64,000 nt of DNA. It comes from Octopus vulgaris. Lineage: Eukaryota. Location: the NCBI GenBank assembly GCA_951406725.2, contig OX597816.1, positions 106,268,001 through 106,332,000 of the forward strand, written 5' to 3'. A program made the translations under genes and the position numbers. Shown in pieces: positions 26,562 to 38,240 of this stretch. How positions within the stretch are numbered: the first letter of the stretch is position 1; every line of letters begins with the position of its first letter. A model generated the notes under the pieces. It saw nothing but the letters and a program-made list of their open reading frames with translations, was not told the origin of the DNA and made no database searches.

Positions 26562-26922
26562 CATGCATGGCTGTCTGGTTAAGGAGCTCACTTTGTAACC
26601 ACATTGTTTCTGGTTCAGCGAGGATCTTCTATTAAAGCTTTGGACCAATGAATGCCTTGTGAATGAATTTGGTTGACAGAAATGTTGTGGAAGCCAGATG
26701 TATTTATGCATGTGTGTTTTTGTGTTTGTCTTCCACCACTGTTTTGGCAATCAATATTGGTTTGTTTAAGTCCCTGTGACTTAGCAGTTCGGCAAAAGAG
26801 ATAAATAAAATAAGTATCAAACCTAAAAATAAGTACTGGGCTCAATTTGTTCAACTAAACTCAAAATGGTACCCCAGCATAGCTACAGTCCAATGACTGA
26901 AACAAATAAAAGATAAAAGACA
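26562..26922 (+). mobile_element. SINE family A
   Basis: tggctgtctggttaaggagc..gacttagcagttcggcaaaagaga..ccaatgactgaaacaaataaaagataaaaga. Confidence 0.8.
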
Positions 26923-28282
26923 AAATAAGTCTGTTATTGTAAAGCCCTGGCTTTGCTAAAAATTTCACTTCCATTTATATTTCTCTTTGAAAATCTATAT
27001 ATAAACAAATTTTCAACTATATACCATGTCCATTTTCACATTCTCTATTGCTTGCTTTCTCTCAGCAACACAAGAATTCTTAACCCAACTTCCTTCTAGA
27101 TCCATCCTCTCTTAGTAGGTTCCACTGACTATGTATTGTTCCTGTGAATTATGATTATGTAATGGGAATGACATTATATGAACCATTCTCTAAAAATTGA
27201 TGATCAGTGGCTCTGAAAAAAAAAAGTGAGATAAAAGTAGTTTTTACTATATTCAGCAAGCAAAATATAATGTCCTGAAGTGTTTTGTTTACATTTAGCC
27301 TATCTTCATGACTAATATTTTTATAGTGATGGTTGTCTTATTTATTCATTCTTTGAAAACGTCTTAATCTTGAAATTCAAGTCAGAAGTTTCAAACCATT
27401 CACTGTGTTTAAACAAAAACAAAAGCAGGTTAATTTACACACACACATAAAATTTCAAGAACAAAAAAAAGACAGTCAGGGTAAATAATTTCATACTGTA
27501 AAGAAGAAACAAAGGATAATTTAATAGTTTGGGTGATGTTCTTTGTTAAGAAAAAGGAGAAAAGAAACAAATGTTCTGTAATGTTTCTACAATGGACATG
27601 GCTTTTTTTTTTTTTTTTTAAGAAAGGGTACATTCTAAAGTGTAGAACTATACTCTTTTTTTTTTTTTTTTTCTCTTACAACATATTAATTACCTTGTAC
27701 ACCTGTCTTGTTTTTGTTGCTGTTGTTTCTGAAATCTTTTTGGCTGTCATTATCACTCTGATACAAATTATATCTCTAGGCTTCTTGGGCAAGTGCCTTC
27801 TACAAAAGCCTTGGGACTGACCAAAGCCTTTTGAGTGGATTTGGTAGACAGAAACTGAAAGAAGCTTGTCGTGTGTGTGTGTGTGTTTGTTTGTTTGTCT
27901 CCCACAACTGCTTGGCAACCAGTATTGGTGTGTTTACATCCCCATAACTTAGCAGTTCTGCAAAAGAGAATGATAGCATAAGTACCGGGGTCAGTCATTT
28001 GAATGAAAGTTCAAGGCAATGCCCCAGCATGGCCACAGTCTAATGCTTGAAACAAGCAAAAGAAGAAAAAAAATACATTCTTAATCTGTTTTTAAAGTAA
28101 AGATAGAATTTTTTTTTTATATGTACCTTTATTATGATAGAATTGTTCTGATAAAGAGAATTAACAACACTTTGCTCTATTAGTATAGAAAATGTCATTG
28201 AAAATACAATGTTAAATTCATCTTAAGAATGGATTGATGTAGTCACTTTCTTGCTATTATTTTTTATTTGTTTATTTTTCAG

Positions 28283-28350
28283 ATCTACAACTGGAGGTCA
28301 ATAGATGGTGTTATTAGTGAATTTGACACAAATGTATGGAAAATTCCAGA
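28283..28350 (+). CDS. WDCP: WDCP exon
   Basis: ttttcag|ATC..GA|gtaagt; IYNWRSIDGVISEFDTNVWKIP. Phases 0/2 join the flanking exons in frame. Confidence 0.85.
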
Positions 28351-30227
28351 GTAAGTATTTTAAAGTGTAGAGAGGGTAGGAAGAGGGAGATGCAGTGAGG
28401 ATGTTGAGAAGGGAGGAAGCTGGTACATCAGATGACCAGTGTTAGAAGTGGAACATGGTTTATTAGGCATGGCAGGTCACTTTGCAACCATGTGGTTTTT
28501 GGGTTCAATCTTACTGAGTGGCACTTGGGGCAACTCTCTTCTGTTATTGCTTCAGTCTGACCAGTACCTTATTAGTGAATTTGATGAACAGAAACTGTGT
28601 GGAAACCCATTATTTATGCACATATATACACACACACATATACATATATAAAAAATTTACCCATCGCACCCTGCGTATGTGTGTGTGTGAGATGAACTTC
28701 ATACACTTCTCTTCACATTCACTCATGAGGTAATACATAGTTCAGTGGGGCTGGACTCAAAACCACATGACTGAGCAGCCAGCTTCTTAACAAATGTGTG
28801 TGTGTGTGTGTGCATGTTGCACACATGACCTTTGCAGTCTCTTCAAGTCCTGTGAGACCAATGCAGTACATTTTCCTCTTTTACAATTGATAACAATGAT
28901 GCATTCCCATGTGTCAGGCCTCTGGGTTGGGAAAGAAGTTAGTGTGCGTCTGATGGTGATACAATGTGGGTAACAAGAGTAGAAGAAATGGATGTGTTAA
29001 ATTAGCTTGAGTTGGAAATGGTAGATAATCACCTAGCTCTGAAGAGCAGGGGCCATTGTGTTAGTGAGAGAAAAAGCAGAGTGAGAGACAACAGAGTGGG
29101 TCTGTTGGTTGAAGTGTATTGGTGACTCCATGCACATTTTGTTAGATGAGTTCCTTTGGGATGCAGTGTAGAATGTATATTCACTGTGTGTAGCTGTAGC
29201 ACCATAGCAGTTGTGGGAGCATTATATTATTGTAGATGTGGTTCTCACTTGAACTGTGTAGAGGGTTATTAACTATTGGTGTGGGTATAGCTCTTCAGCC
29301 TGCTCCCCAACCATGTGGTTTCAAGTTCAGTTCTATAGTGTCACCCCTTGGGAATGTGTCTTCTACTATAGTCCTGGGACAACCAAGACCTTGTCAGTGG
29401 ATTTGATAGAGGGAAAGTGAAAGAAGCCCATCATGTGTGTGTATGTTTGTCTCTTTGTCTTGACATCATGTGAGCATTGAAAGTGAATGTCATTCATTTC
29501 CAATATTCTGCAAAAACGTGTGGTCATGGGGAAATATCACTTTGCTTAGGGACAGGTAAGCGTTGGTGACAAAGAACATCTAACTGTAGAAAATTTACCT
29601 CAATCAATATCATCCAACCCATGTAAGCATGGAAAAGTAGGCATTAAAACAATGATGATGATTATGGATTGAGGGACTATACTTTACTAATCTCTTGATT
29701 TTATGTCTTGGTATAAATTACATAGCAATATCAATATTCCTGAGACTGTAATCTTTAGAATATTTCAGCATTACAAAAGCTTTTATTGCCAAACCTGTTT
29801 TTAAATTGCCCTCTGTTGTGTAAGCACTCTGTAGAATTTCATGGACGAGAAAGAAAACTTTTGTAAAGAAGTTGTATAATACGTTCTATTGATCTATGTC
29901 AGTTTTCAATGGTAACCTAAAGTTTACATATCTAGCAACATATTTGTCTTACAATATTTACTGCCAAGCAATCTTCTGTTACGGATACCTGTATGCACTG
30001 TATTATTCCAACTGGTCTCTGGACACTCTTGTAGAGCCAAGATTGCCAACAAAAGAAGACCCAGTTATATATTCTATGCGTAAATGTCAAACAAGAATGA
30101 GTGCTCAACACCGCATTGGTGGATAAAATTTCTTTATTTGTGTATTAAGGCTACCATTGGTTTCATGATAAAAACATCTTAATATCTTAACATGAAACCA
30201 ATGGTAGACTTAATACACAAATATATA

Positions 30228-30392
30228 TAGGCATAGGAGTGGCTGTGTGTTAAGAACTTTACTTCCCAATCACATGGTTTCTGCTTCAGTTCACTGCATA
30301 GCACCTTCAGCAAATGTCTTCTACTATAGCCCTAGACTGACCAAAACCTTGTGAGTGGATTTGACAAACAGAAACTGAAAGAAGCCCATCAT
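30228..30392 (+). mobile_element. SINE family A 5' half, followed by an RTE 3'-end stub in its TA tract
   Basis: ggcataggagtggctgtgtgttaag..aaactgaaagaagcccatc, then atcatcatcatttaacgtccgc. Confidence 0.82.
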
Positions 30393-30437
30393 ATATCATC
30401 ATCATCATTTAACGTCCGCTTTCCATGCTAGCATGGG

Positions 30438-30491
<54 letters not shown>

Positions 30492-31144
30492 ATATATATA
30501 TAGATATATATATATTTTTATTTATTTAGAAGTCACAATATTTAAAGAAAGATATTTTTTTAAGTTATTAAATATTTTTTTAATTATTCAAAAAAACAGA
30601 ATGTCATAAGCTTTAGGGAAACATTAGTGTGTGTTTTGTGAGTAAGCACTTTCATTGTTCGACTTTAGAAACACACATGGAAAATTGATCAGTGAATTTG
30701 CATACACACAAAATATACACTGTATGCAGGCTTCTTCCCCAAAGGTTTGTGACATTCTGAATAACTTTGATACAATTAATGTCGATTTGGGACTAAACAA
30801 CACCCTCTCCTTTTCAAGTACTTGCTTATGTTAATAAAATAATCCTCATTTGTACTGAATAATGCCCCAGGATTGCTTGCAGCTGTACTATTGTATCTTT
30901 TTACAGCTAAGCAGTTAACTGAGTCATTAAGCATTATATATATATATCTATAGAATATCTCAGCTTGTCTAATTTAAATTCAAAATATTAAATGCAAAAT
31001 TTATTTCCCTTTATGAATCACAATTTCTAACCTGGGACATTTTCATTTCAAGACATTTTTGAAAGTCAGATCTGTAAAGTAAATATTCATTTACAGTGTT
31101 ATTTAACATTGCACATCCTAACTTCTGTAATACCTCCCTCTTTG

Positions 31145-32634
31145 GGATCTAGTTAAACTGATTCCCAAAATCTGCATTTTTTTTAAAAGGAAGTAAAATA
31201 TCTGAAAATCAGCTATATTGATGTAGTTTTCTACTCTTATTGCTATGAAGGCATGATGTTGTGGATAAAAAATTGGAGGAAAAAGTTACAGAGGTTTAAA
31301 AATTTTAAAAAAAATTATTTTTAGCCAATAGCAAGACAGAAATTTTCTGTGTTTAGCGGTGTCAGCTTTAAGGTTGTACCCTGTGAAATTTATAGTTTAG
31401 CGTCTGTGAAGTGACCTGTTCATTGTAGGTTTCTAAATAAGCAGAAATACCTAATAAAATCAACATGTATCATCTTACTGTTTCTTTTGTCTCTTCATTG
31501 ATTTCTATAGTGTTTTATATGTTTTTATTTTTTTCATTTGTTATATTAATATATTTGTCTGCATGTGTTTACTTTATGCTATTTCAGTATTAAGTATATG
31601 TGTCATGTATTTGTGTACATCATTAATATATAAGTGCATGTATGTATTCATATATAAGTTTATATGTACACTTATGCATTCATGTGTGTGTGTGTGTGTG
31701 TGGGAAAAGGGGACGTCTGTCTCCAAAATTCCAAAGTTGAGTAATGTTTTCATGCTTGAATTTGTAAACTACGATAAGAATAACACTGGTCAACGAACAA
31801 TTTGTCCCAAGAAAAAGAATACCTGTATCATATATGCTTTTGCATGCAGAGTTCAAAAATAATGTCAAATTATCTGTATCACCCACAGTTTTTCTGTTCC
31901 ACGATATCTCTCTCAGTTCCTGTTACATGGGCTAAATTTCAGTTAGGCTGTTGAAATGTGAAGCTAACGGTCTAAGAAATTCTCCTAATTTAAATGTTTA
32001 TGAACAGAATTAACCTAGTGAAATCATAAATCCAGCTAGCTGAGTCAATGAGTCCCTGAAGCTTGACAATACTGAGTCGATGAGTCACCGATGCTTTGTC
32101 AGTACTGTGCTTGAAGTGTAGATGTGCAGTTGTATACTAAGTTCACATATTCCATTCACCTTCATAATGCCAAAAAACTGTATAAACATTGCAAACAACT
32201 TTTGCTATATTTGTGGTGACTTAAAACTCAAGTCACAAAGACAGCATTTCACGCTATTGATTAAAAAGTGCCATGTGCATTATTTTGATTGCAAAGTGGG
32301 TGACCAGGATAAAAGCTGGGCCAGTTGAAATGAATCTTGTGGTGTGAAGAATCAACACAGAACAACATGTGGCACAGACGCAGATGAAGTGAAACACAAA
32401 GCAGCATGCGGTTGTCATGGTAACAAGCTGTTAATGCCTTGCTGTCTGTTGATTGGCTAAAATTACCCAAATTTTCTAACTTTAATTCCAAATAACATCA
32501 GATTCTTTAATTTATGAGATAAAGTAATTGGTTGATCGTAATCAAAATTCAGAGTTGCATCGATACTCCAAAATTGAAAGCAATCTAAGCAAAATTAAAG
32601 GGGGCTGATTTTATGAATCAGTTTAACTAGATCC
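31145..32634. mobile_element. Non-autonomous DNA transposon, TIR GGATCTAGTTAAACTGATTC, 8-bp TSD CCTCTTTG (Merlin- or MULE-like)
   Basis: cctctttg|ggatctagttaaactgattc ... gaatcagtttaactagatcc|cctctttg: perfect 20-bp TIR and perfect 8-bp TSD. Confidence 0.88.
31784..32325 (+). mobile_element. 5' fragment of a Chapaev3-like transposon nested in the GG..CC element
   Basis: taa|cactggtcaac terminus; peptide MPKNCINIANNFCYICGD...YFDCKVGDQDKSWA matches the FCYICG..GDQDKSWAPH N-terminus. Superfamily assignment is from memory. Confidence 0.6.
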
Positions 32635-33222
32635 CCTCTTTGCTTCAGGAAATGTGATTATTTTTTGTTAAAGGTTACTGACAGATTTTATACCTTTTTA
32701 AAATTTTTTTGTTTTTACTTTGTGACAGTGCATATTAGAATTTAGAGTATTGAAGATAGCCAAGATGATTGACTACCTTGCCTTGGAAGCCTTTTATTAT
32801 AGTAGTATAAGTAAATAAGTAGCAAGTATTGCTGGAATTGACTTACTGTACCTTTCAAAATGCCTAATCAAAAATTATTAGTATTAGTATTTATTTGACT
32901 TTTAGCTAATAAGGTTTCCAATGTGTATTTCTAACCCTCTCAGTGGCAATCCACTTATGCTGCTCATGGCATCCACCAGAGACCATATTAAAGTGATTAT
33001 ACTTAGATTGAAATCAATATTGAAATTTCATTATTGCTGGAATGAAAACATAAGATTTCCATCAGTAAATACATTAGTCTTATTAAGTTATGCTCCACTA
33101 AATAAGTTACATTTATTTTACTACATTGCTTCTAACTTTTGATTGCTTTGAAAATAAATTAATATACATGAAACATATCTTATGTGTTTCATATATATCA
33201 ATTTATTCATGTTAGAAATATA

Positions 33223-33382
33223 GCTGTTCGATTCACTTCAACATTTAAGTTTAATTCGTCAAAATATTTTCGGCGCTTTAAGACCTGTTCAAAAATTCGT
33301 GCTGCACGGATTTTTGTCAGTGAACAGGTCGCAGTCTCAAAGCGACGAAAATATTTTGACAAAGTTGAAGTGAATCGAACGG
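33223..33382. repeat. 160-bp near-perfect hairpin with a 3-nt loop, inside a unit flanked by 14-bp direct repeats
   Basis: gctgttcgattcacttcaac..gtcaaaatattttcg..cctgttca..ttcgtg-ctg-cacgga..tgaacagg..cgaaaatattttgac..gttgaagtgaatcgaacggc; AGAAATATAGCTGT at 33214-33227 and 33493-33506. Confidence 0.85.
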
Positions 33383-33654
33383 CTTTTGTGTGTTTCTTAA
33401 ATGGCTTACAAACACCTTCCATGCTGCAATTGTTTTCGTTTCAGCACACGATCTCAGATCAAATCACTTGCTATCCAAGTACATCTCCATGAAGAAATAT
33501 AGCTGTAAAAAATCGAAGTGACTTCACAATAATGACTAGAATTTGTCGGCTAAAATCTATTGTCTACAATGTCAAAACCTTAATGTTAATCCCACATTAT
33601 TTGCTTGAATCATGTTATGTCTTAATTGTATTCTCTTTTAATATTTGCTTCTAG

Positions 33655-33767
33655 ACTGAAAAGCACTGTAGCTGCCATAACATCTATGCAAGAAAACCTA
33701 TTTGCTTGTGCTGCTGAAGTGCCATTAGAATCTCTCTGTAAAACAAAAGACATGTTTGTGGTTCCAG
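33655..33767 (+). CDS. WDCP: WDCP exon
   Basis: ttctag|A..CCAG|gtaagt; ELKSTVAAITSMQENLFACAAEVPLESLCKTKDMFVVP (human VCSITAT...IATELPLDKIC...FNIP). Phases 2/1. Confidence 0.9.
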
Positions 33768-33952
33768 GTAAGTATTTTACATTATAAGCCATTATGATTC
33801 TCATTATCAATCTAATATACAATTTTCCTCACTAACATGATCTAGGCAGACTTTCAAGGTCCTTCATCTGTCATAAACTGAACCTGACTTTGTAAACTCC
33901 ATTACTTTATTTTAATTACAGGATGGGAACACTAAGCAGTGATGTGTATAAC

Positions 33953-34332
33953 TGCAATGTTATTACCAATTCAAATATGCTAATAGCACATTCAAACTCA
34001 TAAACAAGCCATTCACTGCCATGGAGAAAATTTCTCACTGTAGACAAATGGTATAAATACACCTAAATCAGCTCACTGCACCATCTATCAAGATTGTGAA
34101 ATGCGAACATTTCAGACAGGTTATCTCTTCTTGACTCACAGAAACTGGATGGAGGTGCTGCAAGCTGATAAGAGAGACAATTTCTCTTATGCTATTCCAG
34201 TTATCATGTCAGCTGGTGTATTTACACCATTTGTCTACAGGAAGAAGTTTTCTCCATGACAAAACACAGTGAATAGCTTGTTTATGAGTTCGAATGTGCC
34301 ACAGGCATATTCAAACTGATAATAACATTGCA
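33953..34332. mobile_element. Fold-back MITE with ~120-bp imperfect inverted arms
   Basis: tgcaatgttatta..cacattcaaactcataaacaagccattcactg..tgtagacaaatggtataaatacacc mirrored by ggtgtatttacaccatttgtctaca..cagtgaatagcttgtttatgagttcgaatgtg..taataacattgca. Confidence 0.85.
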
Positions 34333-34485
34333 CTTTATTTTAAGTATACTATCGACTAAGAGCACATTTTTGCTCACAAATACACAAACACACATTGTCC
34401 AGTTACAGGACATAAAATTCCCAACTCAGTTGTCTCTCTTCTATAATACCTAGGTCATTCATTCATTGTCTCAGTTTATATGATA

Positions 34486-34772
34486 CTAGCAGTATCGCCT
34501 GGCATTGCTCGGGTTTGTAAGGGAAATAACTATATAAGCATTTTTAGAGAGTTACTTCCCTTATATAATAGCAAAAAATGGGAAAAAATGATGGTAATTT
34601 TTTTTTTAAATTGTAGACTCATCGTAGACGCGCACTAATACCCAGAAGGGCTCGATATGAATCACGACTATAAGATACCCGCTTTTGGTTAAACTGCACC
34701 GCAAAATGTGGGAGTAGTTAGGAATCTAAATCGTAGGAGACAGACACAGAACTTCACTTTTATATATAAAGA
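34486..34772 (-). mobile_element. Non-autonomous Helitron
   Basis: Minus strand reads A|TCTTTATATATAAAAG ... CCCGAGCAATGCCAGG (subterminal hairpin) CGATACTGCTAG|T: 5'-TC, 3'-CTAG, AT target, no TSD. Confidence 0.82.
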
Positions 34773-35871
34773 TTTCTCAAATTCACATTACAAAACATTA
34801 ATTTTGCACAACTAGCTATATTCTCAATTTCATATTTCTGTCATTAATGTGTTTGGATATTTGAAGTGGTTTTATAACACTCTCCTATAACTACATCAAT
34901 TTGAGTAAATATTGATTTCTAACATAGGCACAATGTGTCTTTATTCAAATTTTAGAGAATGATGGGTATAGTTGATTAAATTGACCCACTTACATGCCTA
35001 GTTTTGTGTCATGATTTACAATGATATAGCTAAGAATTCTTCTTAACTGAGGAGTTATTATAAACACTGTCAGACATTCCTATACTTGCTGTTCTCTATA
35101 AAGACACAGCAGACTATGAACATTATGGCTGTGAACTTAGGATGTTGGGCTATTGACCAAATACTTATGTATTCAAACCTTACAAGTGTTATTGTTTTAG
35201 ATAGGAACTTATTTCCTTTATTAGGCTAGTGTACCAGACTAAATAAAGGAAAAAAATGAAAGAAAAGAAAACAGAATCCACTCCTATTTAGCTGTTTTAT
35301 TCAGAAGCCAGACAGCACTCATGACCTTTGTGACTTCTTGGCTGGGATGGAGTTCACTCTTTGTGTTACATTTTCATGGGTATGACACAGAATGTGACAA
35401 GGCCAGCCCTTTGAATTGCAGGTACTATCCATATTTGCTAGCTGAGTGGATTGGAGCAACATGAAATAAAGTGTCTTGCTCAAAGTCTGCCATGTCTGGT
35501 ATCTAGGTATTGAACTCACAACCTTGTGATCGTCAACTGGTACCTACCACTAATCTATGTTCAGATAAAAAAAAAAATGGAGATGGAGTGGGGATAGATG
35601 TCAACTTGTGGCCTGATCTAATAACAACACTTGATTTTCTGATAAATTCAATAATTATTTGAAGATATACTTTTAATTTTATGGACTTCAAAGTTTTGCT
35701 AGTCATCAGCAGACTGCCTAAAGATAAAAAGTATCAAATTTGTATTCAAATCAATCTTTAAACAATATTCAACAGACATTGAACTTTAAAAATGTGTCTT
35801 TATTCTTTTAGCCCTTATATTTTCTTAAATATTTCATCTGGAGTTTTTAAGAGCCAAAAAAGAGTGTGACA

Positions 35872-36172
35872 CTCTTGGGCAAGTGTCTTCTAAAGCCCCA
35901 GGCCAACCAAAGCCTTGTGAATGGATTTGATAGATGGAAACTGAAAAAAGCCCATTGTATGTGTGTGTGTGTGTTTGTCCCCCACCATTGCTTGAGAACT
36001 TGTATTAGTTTGTTTCCATCCTTGTGATTTAGTGGTTCAGCAAAAGCAACTTACAGTATAAGTACCAGTCTTATAAAAATAGTAATGGGGTCTAGTTGTT
36101 CAACTAAAAACCTTTCAAGGTGGTACCACAGCATGGCTGCAGTCCAATGACTGAAACTTAAAAAATAAAGAT
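35872..36172 (+). mobile_element. SINE family A (5'-truncated)
   Basis: cttgggcaagtgtcttcta..ggaaactgaaaaaagcccatt..cagcatggctgcagtccaatgactgaaac. Confidence 0.8.
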
Positions 36173-36214
36173 TTACTATTGATATAAAAACATCACATAC
36201 TTTAAGTAATAAAT

Positions 36215-36495
36215 GGCACCCTAACAATTACGATGATGAGGGTTTCAGTTGAAATTAATATACAAGTGGCTGAGCACTCCACAGACATGCACACTCTTAA
36301 TGTAGTTCACAGGGTGATTCAGCATGACACAGAATGTGACAAGGCCAGCCCTTTGAATTGCAGGTACAACCCATATTTGCTAGCTGAGTGGATTGGAGCA
36401 ACATGAAATAAAGTGTCTTGCTCAAGGTTGCAACATGCCACCAGGTATTGAACTCACAACCTTGTGATCGTAAGCTGATTACCCTAACCACTAAT
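36215..36495 (-). mobile_element. SINE family C (tRNA-like head plus cttgagcaagacactttatttcatgttgctcca core)
   Basis: Near-identical partial copy at 35376-35550. The same core with a different tail is at 8340-8572(-); degenerate copies at 56365-56640(+) and 59735-59860(-). Confidence 0.75.
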
Positions 36496-36967
36496 CTATG
36501 TTCAGATAAAAAAAAAAAGAGATGTAATATTAAGCTGTCAAGTGCAAGGGAGTTAACAAATATTGTCTTGATATCTCTAAGCATAGAAGGTGAGAAACAT
36601 CTGAAAACTGAAATAAATGAAATGTCTAAAGAAGTAGCAGATAAGAAGCAAATATTAAAATAATAATTTCTGTAGCTAGATTTTCAACTACTTCATTACA
36701 TGAACTGTGATCATTGTCAAATTGAAGAAACTGAATTTTATTATAAGAACTATCATTAACCTCATCTATTTGTGATAGATTTTGTCTCACTCTTAAAAAA
36801 GAATTATTATATCTGAGCCTGACTCCCAAACTATTGCTTATTGCATTTGTGTTATCGAAATAAACTTGTAAAGTTGGATGCTCTTATTATACCATGGAAC
36901 AGGAATGATGTAGATATCAGTTACTCTGTCTCTTACACACACACGCACACACACACACAAACACACA

Positions 36968-37285
36968 CCTTTTATCTTTTTCAGTCATTAGACTGCAGCC
37001 ATGCCTTGAAAGGTTTTAGCTAAATAAATCAACTCCAGTACTTTTTCTGTTATGCCTGGTATTTATTCTAACCATCTCTTGCCAAACTGCCAAGTTGCAG
37101 GAATGTAAACACACCAACACCAGTTGTCAAGCTGTGGTGGGAGACAAACACAGACACAAAGATATATACACACACACACACACACACACACGATGGGCTT
37201 CTTTCAGTTTCCATCGATCAAATCCACTCACAAGACTTTGGTCGACTCTAGGGTATAGTGGGACTGAACCCCAAACTATGTGGTT
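36968..37285 (-). mobile_element. SINE family A
   Basis: ttcagtcattagactgcagccatg..cgatgggcttctttcagtttcc..gtgggactgaacccc. Confidence 0.8.
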
Positions 37286-37451
37286 CTCTCTCTCTATGTG
37301 TGTGTGTGTGTACACACACACAGATCATCATCATCATTTAACATCCCCTTTTCCATGCTGGCATGGGTTGAATGGTTTGACAAGAACAGATGAGCCAGAG
37401 GGCTCCCCCAAGTTCTATATCTGCTTTGATGATAATGATTTTATATATATA

Positions 37452-37796
37452 CTAGACTACCTATGACCCAATAGTTCAAGGTACCCGTGGTCCGATTCAC
37501 ATAAAACTTGTTTTATTCCATTTGTATTCATATTTCAATGATACCTCGTGTTCAAAGTAAAGGGCAATAACTCCAGGTTTCACTGCTTAAAATTGTGGAA
37601 ACAACCTCCCACCCCACCTCACCCCAAAAATGCCTATCTCTGGAATCCGTGGTCCGATTTACACAAAACTTGTTTTATCATGCTTGTATTCACATTTCAG
37701 GGATATCTTACTTTCAGAGTATTTTCCTATTATGTGCCTGTTTGGCTGTATTAAATTACACAAGCAATCAATCACAGACTTTTAGTATTATATAGA
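37452..37796 (-). mobile_element. Probable non-autonomous Helitron (second family)
   Basis: Minus strand A|TCTATATAATACTAAAAG ... CTAG|T; internal direct repeat cgtggtccgatt(c/t)aca(t/c)aaaacttgttttat; 3' hairpin unclear. Confidence 0.55.
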
Positions 37797-37920
37797 TATC
37801 AATAATAATAAATGCAAAAGCAAATGTCAGTGTGTCATACTCTTTCAACCTTACTCCTCCGACCCCCCCTCTCTCACTATTCAGTAACACTTCTACTATT
37901 CCTCATGCTTTACCCCTCTC

Positions 37921-38240
37921 TCATCATCATCATCATTTAACGTTCGCTTTCCATGCTAGCATGCACCAGGCTCCAATCTTGATCTGGCAGAGTTTCTACA
38001 GCTGGATGCCCTTCCTAATGCCAACCACCCTGAGAGTGTAGTGGGTGCTTTTACGTGCCACCGGCACGGGGGGCCAGTCAGGCGGTACTGGCAGCGACCT
38101 CGCACGAATCTTTTTACACATGCCACCAGCACAGGTGCCAGTAAGGTGACGCTGGTAACAATCACGCTCGAATGGTGCCTGTTACATGCCACCGGCATGG
38201 AAGCCAGTTAGCTGCTCTGGCAACAATCACGCTCGGATGG
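37921..38240 (-). mobile_element. RTE 3' UTR fragment (other subfamily)
   Basis: (cat)n-ttaacgttcgctttccatgctagcatg..ggatgcccttcctaatgccaaccac. Similar stubs at 3085-3420, 11427-11545, 17441-17610, 37324-37420, 60497-60680 and 63669-63765 on minus, and 8823-8862, 59105-59220 and 62540-62588 on plus. Confidence 0.85.

Noticed and set aside
28569-28585. 16-bp identity (ttattagtgaatttga) between a SINE copy and the exon 250 bp upstream
   Set aside because: AT-rich and explainable by decay of the SINE consensus (ttgtgagtggatttgg); chance is sufficient.
33184-33492. Overlapping ORFs on both strands with similar peptides
   Set aside because: Artefact of the DNA palindrome; no protein family motifs.
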